Below are positions 23,490 through 31,238 of a stretch of 38,329 nt of DNA, piece after piece. The translations under genes and the position numbers were made by a program. The notes below the pieces were generated by a model that was given only the letters and a program-made list of their open reading frames with translations, made no database searches and was not told the origin of the DNA. Source of the DNA: a virus; UHGV virus genome UHGV-1488451; one strand, given 5' to 3'. The stretch's first letter is position 1. Every line of letters begins with the position of its first letter.

Positions 23490-23723
23490 TTACTCGGCGG
23501 CCTCAGCCTCAGCATCAGTAGTGTCTGCGGCTGCGGCTGCTTTCTTGGTTGTACGTTTCGGGGTTGCCTCCACTGGCTCAGTAACCTCAGCCTCCGCCGG
23601 TGCCGCAGAGGAATCATCCTCAACCAGCACAGCATCAGGGAAATCACGCTGCTGGTGAATCTCAGTCAGCAGCAGCACCGTCTCAAACCCATCATGAAAC
23701 GTCACACGATACGGACGCAACAT
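23490..23723 (-). CDS. Small hypothetical protein after the capsid gene (Ala/Glu-rich tail)
   Basis: 77-aa ORF tightly coupled to the capsid stop. Confidence 0.55.
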   Translation of the reverse strand: MLRPYRVTFHDGFETVLLLTEIHQQRDFPDAVLVEDDSSAAPAEAEVTEPVEATPKRTTKKAAAAADTTDAEAEAAE

Positions 23724-23725
23724 GA

Positions 23726-24940
23726 CTACGCACCCGCCGTCAGCGTCACCTTGACGAAAGCCGAAGGCAGCGGAACCATCAGACCGATACGCTCCTCAGC
23801 ACGCAAAGTAACAAGGTTCTTCTCGAAATCATCAGCGTTGGTGTTCGAGGAATCCACACGCAAACCACCCTTGCGGAGGATGGTGGAACCCTGACGGAAC
23901 GCACCCACAAGGGCGGTACCCTTCGGAATGTTGTTCGTCACAACAGTACGGTAGCCCCACACCGGCGGGTCAACCAGAATGCCACCAACACCGTACTGAC
24001 CCTGGAACGGGCCACCAGCAATGTACTGGCCGTTACCGTCCTTAGCGAGACGCAGAACCTCATAGTCAGCGGTGTTCATGATGATGCCGTCAGCAGTCAG
24101 CGGGGTTGCCTGAGCAACCTTAGAGATCGCACTGTACAGGTCATCAAACCAATTGGCTTTCTTAGCAGACGTCACCGTCTGAATGCCGGAGCGGTTCAGG
24201 ATGCCACGCACATTGCTGCCCGTGCCGTCGCCGCTGATCAGCTGCTTTTCCTCCACAACGGAAAGCTCGTAGATGAGCTGGTTGTTAATCCAGTCAGCCA
24301 CGAACCCGAAGTCCGCGATCATCTCGTCGGAAAGCTTCGTCAACGCGGCGATCTTCGACAGAGATTCAGTCACAATGTCAAGATCAGCGAACCGGACATA
24401 GGGTTTCTGCGCCCCCTCAGCCACAGACGCAGGCGCACCCTCGGCGATGCGGTTGGCCTTCTCCACCAAATATTTGATGGTGGGGAGGTCCACATTCGCG
24501 GAACCCATCAGGTCAGCGGCAACCAGCTTCTCACGACGCTGGTTAACAATGCTGCGCTGGTACATGGTGCCGAAACCATCAACCAGCGGGGTTGTCTTAG
24601 CCGGGTCGCCAGCGGCCTTGAACTCAGGTGCGGAAATCTCCAGGCGTCGGGAACCTTGCTGCTTAAGGCTTTCGCCAGCAGACTTCACGAAATGCTCACC
24701 CAGGGATTTAGCCTCAGGCTGCAGCGGGGTTTCACCGGTGTCGATGTTGCGCAGCTTCTCGAAAACCGAGTTGGCTTCCTTCACCTTTGCAAGTTCAGCG
24801 TCGAGGGCTTCGGCCTCGTGGAGGGCTTCTTTCAGTTCGGCGAGCTGCGCATCTGTCACCTCCTCGCCAAACTGCGAGTAGAGGCTTTTTGCATGGTCAA
24901 ACGCGGCGTCACGACGCTTACGCAGGGTTTTGTTACCCAT
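23726..24940 (-). CDS. Major capsid protein, HK97 fold, with N-terminal delta/scaffold-like domain
   Basis: 404 aa. The first ~100 aa are coiled-coil-like and the remainder is typical of the HK97 family (e.g. LISGDGTGSNVRGILN, RAEERIGL). Confidence 0.93.
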   Translation of the reverse strand: MGNKTLRKRRDAAFDHAKSLYSQFGEEVTDAQLAELKEALHEAEALDAELAKVKEANSVFEKLRNIDTGETPLQPEAKSLGEHFVKSAGESLKQQGSRRLEISAPEFKAAGDPAKTTPLVDGFGTMYQRSIVNQRREKLVAADLMGSANVDLPTIKYLVEKANRIAEGAPASVAEGAQKPYVRFADLDIVTESLSKIAALTKLSDEMIADFGFVADWINNQLIYELSVVEEKQLISGDGTGSNVRGILNRSGIQTVTSAKKANWFDDLYSAISKVAQATPLTADGIIMNTADYEVLRLAKDGNGQYIAGGPFQGQYGVGGILVDPPVWGYRTVVTNNIPKGTALVGAFRQGSTILRKGGLRVDSSNTNADDFEKNLVTLRAEERIGLMVPLPSAFVKVTLTAGA

Positions 24941-25629
24941 TAGTGTTTCTCCTTTTCCAAGATCATGAGGCGGGCACCCAGCTTGTTCAGGGCGCCCTGG
25001 TTATCGCCGCTCTTCTTGGCGGCATGAGAAAACCCCGGGGGTGGTGTTCCCTCGGGGCTAGTGTCGTTTCCGGTCAGCGCGTCACGCATTGATTTCAGCA
25101 TCAACGCCATTGCCTTCGACATTTCCGCGCCGGACTCGGCGGCTTTCACCGCGAGCACTTCGGTTTCCTGGTTCGCGCCGATAGGAACGACACTGACCTC
25201 GTACAGGCGCACCTTGCGAATCTCGAAAACCCAATTGTCGTTGTCTTTCATTTCCGCGCCTTCGACAACATCAAACGCGAAACTCATTTGCGACAAGCGG
25301 CGCTCTTTCAGCAGACGGTAAACCTGGCTAGCTTTCTCATTATCCAGGTCAAGCTTCGCACGGATTTTCAAACCATGATCATCCTCAACAGCCTCAACCA
25401 CCGTGCCAATATTGCTGAACGGGTCTCGGAAATCATGGCCATACAGCAAAGGCAGCTGATTACCGGATTCCTCCCACTCCTTCAACGTGTCCGCAAACGC
25501 GCCCTTACGGATAACATCACCGTAAGAATCCACATTATCGAACACACTTGCATAGGCGACAATCTCGCCCGCCTCAACCTCAACATCATCAGGCTCTTTA
25601 ACCCGAACCTTCAAATCCTTCAACTTCAT
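24940..25629 (-). CDS. Prohead (HK97-type, S78) maturation protease, internal-start product
   Basis: ATG 25629 is preceded by gagaaaggaggtgttgccctt, a strong SD. The product is MKLKDLKVRVKEPDD...AYASVFDNVDSYGDVIRKGAF...LLYGHD... Confidence 0.88.
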   Translation of the reverse strand: MKLKDLKVRVKEPDDVEVEAGEIVAYASVFDNVDSYGDVIRKGAFADTLKEWEESGNQLPLLYGHDFRDPFSNIGTVVEAVEDDHGLKIRAKLDLDNEKASQVYRLLKERRLSQMSFAFDVVEGAEMKDNDNWVFEIRKVRLYEVSVVPIGANQETEVLAVKAAESGAEMSKAMALMLKSMRDALTGNDTSPEGTPPPGFSHAAKKSGDNQGALNKLGARLMILEKEKH

Positions 25630-26088
25630 AAGGGCAACACCTCCTTTCTCACCCCCAGGCAACTCCGGGGGATTCTCATACCAAGCATCAATCCGCGCCA
25701 ACACATCATCAGACGCGCCAGCCTCAGTAGCACGCTCCACACAAACATCGCGCCCAGGGTCAACCAAATGGAACACCGCACCAGCCCCCTCAAACTTGCT
25801 GACAAGCGCAGCAGGTGGATTCTCCGACACAAACCACAACTCATCAACAATCGTCTCAGGGTCAAGCAGCCACCCCACCAAGCCCCTACGCATAGCCAAC
25901 ACCGCATCAACAACACCAGGCGGAACATCAGCCTCCGGCTTGTCGACGCCCCCCACCACCGCAGCAACCGCATCAAAATCAAAACGCGGCACCCCAGCGC
26001 TAGCATTCTCCGCAACAAACACAGACTTGCCAGCAAACGGGGGGCCAACCACAACGTTAACCGCCACCGTCATCACCTCCATCAACAC
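24940..26088 (-). CDS. Full ORF: N-terminal P-loop NTPase domain (~150 aa) fused in frame to the prohead protease
   Basis: A single 382-aa ORF with no stop. It has Walker A VVVGPPFAGKS and a Walker-B-like ELWFVSE. The start GTG 26088/ATG 26082 follows aggag and overlaps the portal 3' end. Confidence 0.6.
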   Translation of the reverse strand: MLMEVMTVAVNVVVGPPFAGKSVFVAENASAGVPRFDFDAVAAVVGGVDKPEADVPPGVVDAVLAMRRGLVGWLLDPETIVDELWFVSENPPAALVSKFEGAGAVFHLVDPGRDVCVERATEAGASDDVLARIDAWYENPPELPGGEKGGVALMKLKDLKVRVKEPDDVEVEAGEIVAYASVFDNVDSYGDVIRKGAFADTLKEWEESGNQLPLLYGHDFRDPFSNIGTVVEAVEDDHGLKIRAKLDLDNEKASQVYRLLKERRLSQMSFAFDVVEGAEMKDNDNWVFEIRKVRLYEVSVVPIGANQETEVLAVKAAESGAEMSKAMALMLKSMRDALTGNDTSPEGTPPPGFSHAAKKSGDNQGALNKLGARLMILEKEKH

Positions 26089-27310
26089 TAGGGGGCTCCT
26101 CCCCCGGGTCCACCGCAGTGTTCAACGGCACCAACAAATCATCCCCACCGTCAACCGAAGGCAGGTTGTTCATCGCACGCGCCTCATTACGTGTCATCCA
26201 CGGGCCACCAACAGCGGTACTGGTGACCTGCGCCTTTTCCTCAAACGAGGCGCGCAGCTTCTCCTCAATGTTGAACTCAAAGTAAACGTCGTCTTCAACG
26301 CCGAGCTTTTCCAGCAGGAACACGTTCAGCGTGTCCTCAATCTGTTTGATGATCGGGCCGAGGGAATCCCCGTAGAGACTCTTCCGAAACTCCCTGACGT
26401 TTGAATAGTTCGCATTATCCAGCAAACCAACCATCGTCGGATTGACCTGGAAAACACTAGCCACCGTCGCAAGGGACAACTTGGCCACATCAACGACATC
26501 CTCATCAGACGCTTTAAGATGCATCGACTTGAAAGACATGCCGTCCTCAAGAATCGGAGTGCCACCCGCACCAGAACCACGCCCCGAATACTGCGACTGC
26601 CAAGCCGCCTTAAACCGGCGACGGTCCATACCCTCCCAACGCGGAGCACCCGCAGGACGCTCAATCACACCACTAATACGCGGCCCGTTCTTCCACAACT
26701 GACCACGATACGCAGCAGATTCCAACTGCTCCTTAAGCAAGTCTTTCAGCGTGCGCACCTTCGAAGCACCACGTTTATAACTCCCCGGGGAATAGCCATG
26801 CACACGAATGATCTTCTCCGCCGGAATCTCCAACGGCTCACCAGTCTTATCATCCGTAATCACAATGGATTTCAACGTCCATTTATCTTCCCACCGCAGA
26901 CGATGAACCCACGTCGGAGAAACAGGGTAAATCTCCGGGCCGTCACCAGCGTCACTGATCACCCAAATGAACTCGTCATACAGGCACAGGTCCATGACAG
27001 ACGCATACAGCAGATCATAGAAAACCTGCCCCGCATTGGCCTTCTTCACTAGCCTCGCCAGCGGGCCGGTTCGCACACGCTCACGCCCACCATCCTCAGC
27101 ATGACGATAAACATGAACCCCAATCGACGCGATATTCCGGGCAATGAAATCCGTGACCGTCCGAAGGTGCGGTTGGGAATCCCAAAGCTGCTCCACACTG
27201 AAACCATCAATCGACGCCGCCAACGATTCAAGAATCGGCAACGCCAAACCCTCAGGCTCAGGAACAGACACCGCCGTCGGAAGAAACCCCAAACGCTGCA
27301 AAATCCCCAC
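26057..27310 (-). CDS. Portal protein (HK97 family)
   Basis: 417 aa between TerL and the protease. GTG start with the SD aggaggtga. Confidence 0.92.
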   Translation of the reverse strand: MGILQRLGFLPTAVSVPEPEGLALPILESLAASIDGFSVEQLWDSQPHLRTVTDFIARNIASIGVHVYRHAEDGGRERVRTGPLARLVKKANAGQVFYDLLYASVMDLCLYDEFIWVISDAGDGPEIYPVSPTWVHRLRWEDKWTLKSIVITDDKTGEPLEIPAEKIIRVHGYSPGSYKRGASKVRTLKDLLKEQLESAAYRGQLWKNGPRISGVIERPAGAPRWEGMDRRRFKAAWQSQYSGRGSGAGGTPILEDGMSFKSMHLKASDEDVVDVAKLSLATVASVFQVNPTMVGLLDNANYSNVREFRKSLYGDSLGPIIKQIEDTLNVFLLEKLGVEDDVYFEFNIEEKLRASFEEKAQVTSTAVGGPWMTRNEARAMNNLPSVDGGDDLLVPLNTAVDPGEEPPSVDGGDDGGG

Positions 27311-27323
27311 CAGAAATCACCTC

Positions 27324-28943
27324 CTAAACAATCAACAAATAATCATCATCACTATCATCTTCACCAGCGTAAATATCATCGAAATCAGGCTCCTCACCCC
27401 CAAAGAAATCCTCATCCGCATACGCCGAACGCCGCTCCTCAGGCTCATGCCCAAGCAACCACCACGCCACATTGCACGCCACCAAAGGCGAAACATCATT
27501 ACGACTACCCGACCTATCCCAAATGAACAGGTCACCAGCCTTCTTATCCTGCGCACCCTCAACAGCCAGATCAAGAACAGGCTGCGAACGATGCCGAAGC
27601 TCACCAGTCGCAATCGCATCAAAAAACCCAAGCACAGACGAAGACATATCCCCACCCTGCCAAGGCACCACCGTCAAACCAGCCTCCTCCAACAACGGAG
27701 CCAAACCAGCAGCCGGAGCACCCTTCACCTGCATTGCTACACGACCATCAAACCAATCGACGGCCCCAACACGAGCTGCGAACCACTCGGCAACCCATCT
27801 AAAACCGGCTCGTTGGGCGACGACTTCAACGTGCGTTCGCCCATCATCACGAACACCAGCGACCGCGACATAGGCGAACTTGCCGTCCACCGCGACATCA
27901 ACCGCCGCCGCCACAGGATTCCCCTCCGCAACACGGGAACCAGCATCAGCGCAAGCACCCCACACGTCAGCAGGAATCTTCCCCGGCTCCAGGGACTCCA
28001 CCCACACACACATTTTCTCAGTGCGGAAACCATCGGGATTCTTCGTCTCCTTCGCCTCAGCCAACAAATTCTTCAAAGTGATGCCGCCCCAACCCATCGA
28101 CGGGTTAGCCTGACGCAGCGCATCAACGTCCGTTATCTCCGCGTCCTGCGACGCTGACCACGAGAACAACGCCGTGGCCATGTCCTCAGTGTCCCCAAGG
28201 TTGATGCGCTCAACCGCTGAATCACGCAGGGATTTCAGCACAATCGAGCGGGCGTCACCAGCGTTGGAGAACCCCCACAATTGCGACTCTGGGCGCGCCG
28301 CAATGGTTGGCTCAATCGAGTTCCAGCCGTCCCACGTAAGCAGCTCACGCATCTCATCAATGAATGCCGTGTCAGCCGAAGCTGAACGCCCACCTTTACG
28401 GTCAGCAGTAGTCACCGACCATGTGGGCAAAGTGCCGAACACATCCAAGCGGCCAGGCACAGGAACCTTGCACAACTCAATCTGCTTGCTACCGTTCGTT
28501 TCCCGCATCCAAGCGCCGTTGAACTCGTTGTCCTTCGGCCTCGGGTCGTTCGGCAAGTACTCACGTAGCACCTCATTATGAGCGGCGATCTTAAACGCGT
28601 CTTTCAACGTGTCCTCAGCAACAGTAAGTTTCTGAGCTGCGGAAACAATCTCCGATGCGCCGAACACAAACAAACGCCACAAGCCGATCACAACCATCAG
28701 CGTTGTCTTGCCGTTCTGGCGGGCCACCTCAACTATGACGCGCTTAAACCGGAAGTCAGTGCCGTCGAGGTTCAGTTCCAGGCCGTGAATCAACAGCCAT
28801 TTTTGCCACGGGTACAGGCGAATACCTAGGAACTCCGCAAACTCAATGGCCTCAAACCCCTTCGACGTCTCCGGGGTTAGTGGGCGCAACGGCGGGGGAA
28901 ACAGGCGCGGCTGCTCGAAGCCCTTAACCTGCTCGACCACCAC
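27324..28943 (-). CDS. terL: Terminase large subunit
   Basis: 539 aa with an ATPase Walker A-like VARQNGKT, a Walker B-like AFIDE, and a C-terminal nuclease region. Confidence 0.93.
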   Translation of the reverse strand: MVVEQVKGFEQPRLFPPPLRPLTPETSKGFEAIEFAEFLGIRLYPWQKWLLIHGLELNLDGTDFRFKRVIVEVARQNGKTTLMVVIGLWRLFVFGASEIVSAAQKLTVAEDTLKDAFKIAAHNEVLREYLPNDPRPKDNEFNGAWMRETNGSKQIELCKVPVPGRLDVFGTLPTWSVTTADRKGGRSASADTAFIDEMRELLTWDGWNSIEPTIAARPESQLWGFSNAGDARSIVLKSLRDSAVERINLGDTEDMATALFSWSASQDAEITDVDALRQANPSMGWGGITLKNLLAEAKETKNPDGFRTEKMCVWVESLEPGKIPADVWGACADAGSRVAEGNPVAAAVDVAVDGKFAYVAVAGVRDDGRTHVEVVAQRAGFRWVAEWFAARVGAVDWFDGRVAMQVKGAPAAGLAPLLEEAGLTVVPWQGGDMSSSVLGFFDAIATGELRHRSQPVLDLAVEGAQDKKAGDLFIWDRSGSRNDVSPLVACNVAWWLLGHEPEERRSAYADEDFFGGEEPDFDDIYAGEDDSDDDYLLIV

Positions 28944-29232
28944 CGGCCGCCTTCATACGCTCCATCACCGAAACAACCGCCACAGGGCGGTCACGGTCCT
29001 CAGGAATTCCCCGCGCCTCCGGCGTGCACCCCAACGCCCCCAACGCCTTCAACAAATGAGGCCCCAAATACAACGCCTTTGTGCGGTCATACCCAGCATC
29101 AACAGGCACGAAATCAATCTGCCGAGCATACGACAGCGCCAGCTCCTGCAATGCCTTATCTGCACCGGTGACGTTCTCGCCACGCGCCTCAATTGAATCA
29201 AGTACAGCCTGTTCAAGCGGCCCAACAGTCAT
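28924..29232 (-). CDS. terS: Terminase small subunit (position-based)
   Basis: 102 aa from ATG 29232 (SD ggaaggag). It overlaps the terL start by 20 nt. The track start at 29319 lacks an SD. Confidence 0.7.
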   Translation of the reverse strand: MTVGPLEQAVLDSIEARGENVTGADKALQELALSYARQIDFVPVDAGYDRTKALYLGPHLLKALGALGCTPEARGIPEDRDRPVAVVSVMERMKAAGGGRAG

Positions 29233-29364
29233 GATTAAAGCTCCTTCCAGAAACCAGGTCTTGCGCGCGCGATACCCCCAAAAACGAGTGGGGGGAGAGG
29301 ACAGGCCCACCCGGCTCAAATGTCCTGGTCAGGTGTGCTGGTGATTTGCTACCCCCTACCGTTG

Positions 29365-29649
29365 TTACCAGGTTTGGCTGGGTTGTCCGAGGGTTGGTTG
29401 GGGTGGTTGGTTGTGGCGTGCGCGGTTGCAGTTGGTGTGTGTTGGTTTGATGTTGTTGGGGTCGTTTTCGAGGTGTGGGTGTGTGCTTGTGGGGTGGATG
29501 TGGTCGAGGTCGCATGCGTTTGGGGTGTGTGGTGGTGCGGTGTAGTCGATTGGTTGGCCGCAGAGGTAGCAGGGGGTGTTGTTTTCTGCGTGTTGTTGGC
29601 GGAGTTGTTGGCGGAGTTTTTTGTTTGCGCGGGTTTCTTTGAATGGCAT
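29365..29649 (-). CDS. HNH endonuclease (terminase-associated type)
   Basis: 94 aa with CYLCGQPI...DLDHIHP...NIKPTHTNCN. It lies adjacent to the terminase genes, as in cos-type HK97-like phages. Confidence 0.88.
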   Translation of the reverse strand: MPFKETRANKKLRQQLRQQHAENNTPCYLCGQPIDYTAPPHTPNACDLDHIHPTSTHPHLENDPNNIKPTHTNCNRARHNQPPQPTLGQPSQTW

Positions 29650-29669
29650 GGGGTTTTGGGGGTTGATAT

Positions 29670-29700
29670 GGGTAAACCCCCATGCTTTTTGGCATGGGGG
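29670..29700 (-). terminator. Rho-independent terminator separating the early/middle genes from the HNH-terminase late block
   Basis: The minus strand reads cccccatgc-caaaaa-gcatggggg followed by tttaccc. The stem is 9 bp. Confidence 0.7.
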
Positions 29701-29740
29701 TTGTCTGCGACTGAGTTTAGCAGTGTGGTTGCCCGTTTTG

Positions 29741-30310
29741 TCAATGTGACAGTTTTTTATCTATGTCTGTTTGTGAGTATTTGAGTGTGCCGTCGAGGCT
29801 GTGGTGTGCTCTGATGTGTCCTCGTGCTCTCCAGTGGTGGATTTGTTTGCGGGTGATGTTGTGGCCTTGTTGCCATGCGTGGTCGATGGCTTGTTGGATG
29901 GTGAGCCATTGGCCGTGGGGGTTGATGGGTGGTTCGCGGTGGTGGCGTTGGGTGAGGTCTTGTTCGATGGTGCGTAGTCCTTGTTCGATGGTGTCGGGTT
30001 CGGGGTGGTGGTTGATGAGGTGGGTGTTGTGGCTGAGCCAGGTGCACCAGCGTGAGAGTGGTTGGTTGGCTGCGCTGGCTGGGAGGTGGATGTTTGCGTG
30101 TTTGAGGATTTGGTGGATGATGTCGCGGAGTTCGTCTTCGGTGGTGATTTTGTTTTCGAGTTGGGTGAGGTTGAGGGGTGGGCGTGGTCCGGGGGTGGTG
30201 TGGCCTCCTTCTTTGGGGATGGTGGAGTCGATGTGTGTGGGGTGGAGGTCGGTTTCGAGTTCGTGGGTGAGGGTGGCGAGGTTGGTGAGGATTTTGTTGA
30301 TGGTGATCAT
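29741..30310 (-). CDS. Hypothetical protein with C-terminal MerR/excisionase-type HTH
   Basis: 189 aa. The C-terminus WLTIQQAIDHAWQQGHNITRKQIHHWRARGHI...YSQTDI fits HTH_17-like proteins. The composition is His/Thr/Pro-rich. Confidence 0.6.
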   Translation of the reverse strand: MITINKILTNLATLTHELETDLHPTHIDSTIPKEGGHTTPGPRPPLNLTQLENKITTEDELRDIIHQILKHANIHLPASAANQPLSRWCTWLSHNTHLINHHPEPDTIEQGLRTIEQDLTQRHHREPPINPHGQWLTIQQAIDHAWQQGHNITRKQIHHWRARGHIRAHHSLDGTLKYSQTDIDKKLSH

Positions 30311-30558
30311 GGTTTGGGTTCTTGGAGTTCTTTGGTGGCTTTGGTGGTGAGGATGATGGAGCCGTAGGTGTCGAAGGCTAGGTATCCGTGGTCGATGAGG
30401 ATGTTGGTCATGGTGTGGTTGATGCGTTTGCCGGAGGCGAAGCGTCGGAGGGCGTTGATGTGGTTGGGGGTCATTGGTTTGTGTCTTTCTTGGTGGTGAG
30501 GTGGGTGATTGTTCCGGGGTGGGTGAGGGTGCTTATGGCGGTGGTGATGATGATGCAC
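30307..30558 (-). CDS. Small hypothetical protein (start uncertain: 30558 or 30474)
   Basis: The 83-aa ORF has a first 28 aa (MHHHHHRHKHPHPP...) that may be untranslated leader. The ATG at 30474 gives a 55-aa product. Confidence 0.5.
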   Translation of the reverse strand: MHHHHHRHKHPHPPRNNHPPHHQERHKPMTPNHINALRRFASGKRINHTMTNILIDHGYLAFDTYGSIILTTKATKELQEPKP

Positions 30559-30574
30559 GCGATGATGGTGAGGG

Positions 30575-31108
30575 TCATTGTTCGTCTTTCTGGATTTCGT
30601 ATCGTTCTTCTTGGTGGTCGCGTTCGAGCCTGTCTGCGCGTTCCCAGTCTGGGAGGGTGTCGTCGTTGGTGTCGTCGTGGGGGTAGGGGTGTGCCATGTG
30701 GGTTTCTTTCTGGGTGAGGTGGATGTGTGCGCCGGGTGTTTCGCCGGGGTGTGCGTAGCGTTTGTGGGTTATCCAGGTTGTGATTTGGCTGTCGTCGTTG
30801 ATTGCTCCTGATTGGGTGAGGGCGTCGCCGAGGGCGCGTTGTAGTTTGTCGAGGTCGGGGGTTTTGGTGTGTGGTTCGGTTTTGTTTTTGAGGCGTTTGG
30901 GGCGGGGGAAGATGAAGATTGCGGTGATGGTGATTGGTCCTTGGATTGGGGGTTTGTGGTTGTGGGTGAGGGTTGCGGTTTGGGTGAGGGCTTTGCGCCA
31001 GGCGGGTAGGTGTTTGCTGGATTCGATACTGCGGCCGCCGCCGATGTAGCGTTTGGAGCCTTGGGGTCTGGGGGTGCCTGGGGTGAAGAATGTGAGCGTT
31101 TGGGTCAT
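30575..31108 (-). CDS. rusA: RusA-family Holliday junction resolvase
   Basis: 177 aa with FFTPGTPRPQGSKR...PDLDKLQRALGDALTQSGAINDDSQI, typical RusA motifs. Confidence 0.88.
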   Translation of the reverse strand: MTQTLTFFTPGTPRPQGSKRYIGGGRSIESSKHLPAWRKALTQTATLTHNHKPPIQGPITITAIFIFPRPKRLKNKTEPHTKTPDLDKLQRALGDALTQSGAINDDSQITTWITHKRYAHPGETPGAHIHLTQKETHMAHPYPHDDTNDDTLPDWERADRLERDHQEERYEIQKDEQ

Positions 31109-31238
31109 TGGAACATGCTTTCTATGTGGGGGTGGTGGTTTGTTTTGGGTTGGGGGTGGGTGTTATTTTCGCGCGTGAGGCTTGGGGCGGGTTGGTGGCG
31201 CCTGGTGGCCTGTTGGGCGGAGCGTGGTCACAACAGTC

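Noticed and set aside
30475-30558. Natural His-tag-like N-terminus MHHHHHRHKHPHPP on the 83-aa ORF
   Set aside because: It is most simply a by-product of CAC/CAT/CCA-rich sequence in the A+C-coded block upstream of a more plausible internal start at 30474. It is not evidence of a metal-binding function.
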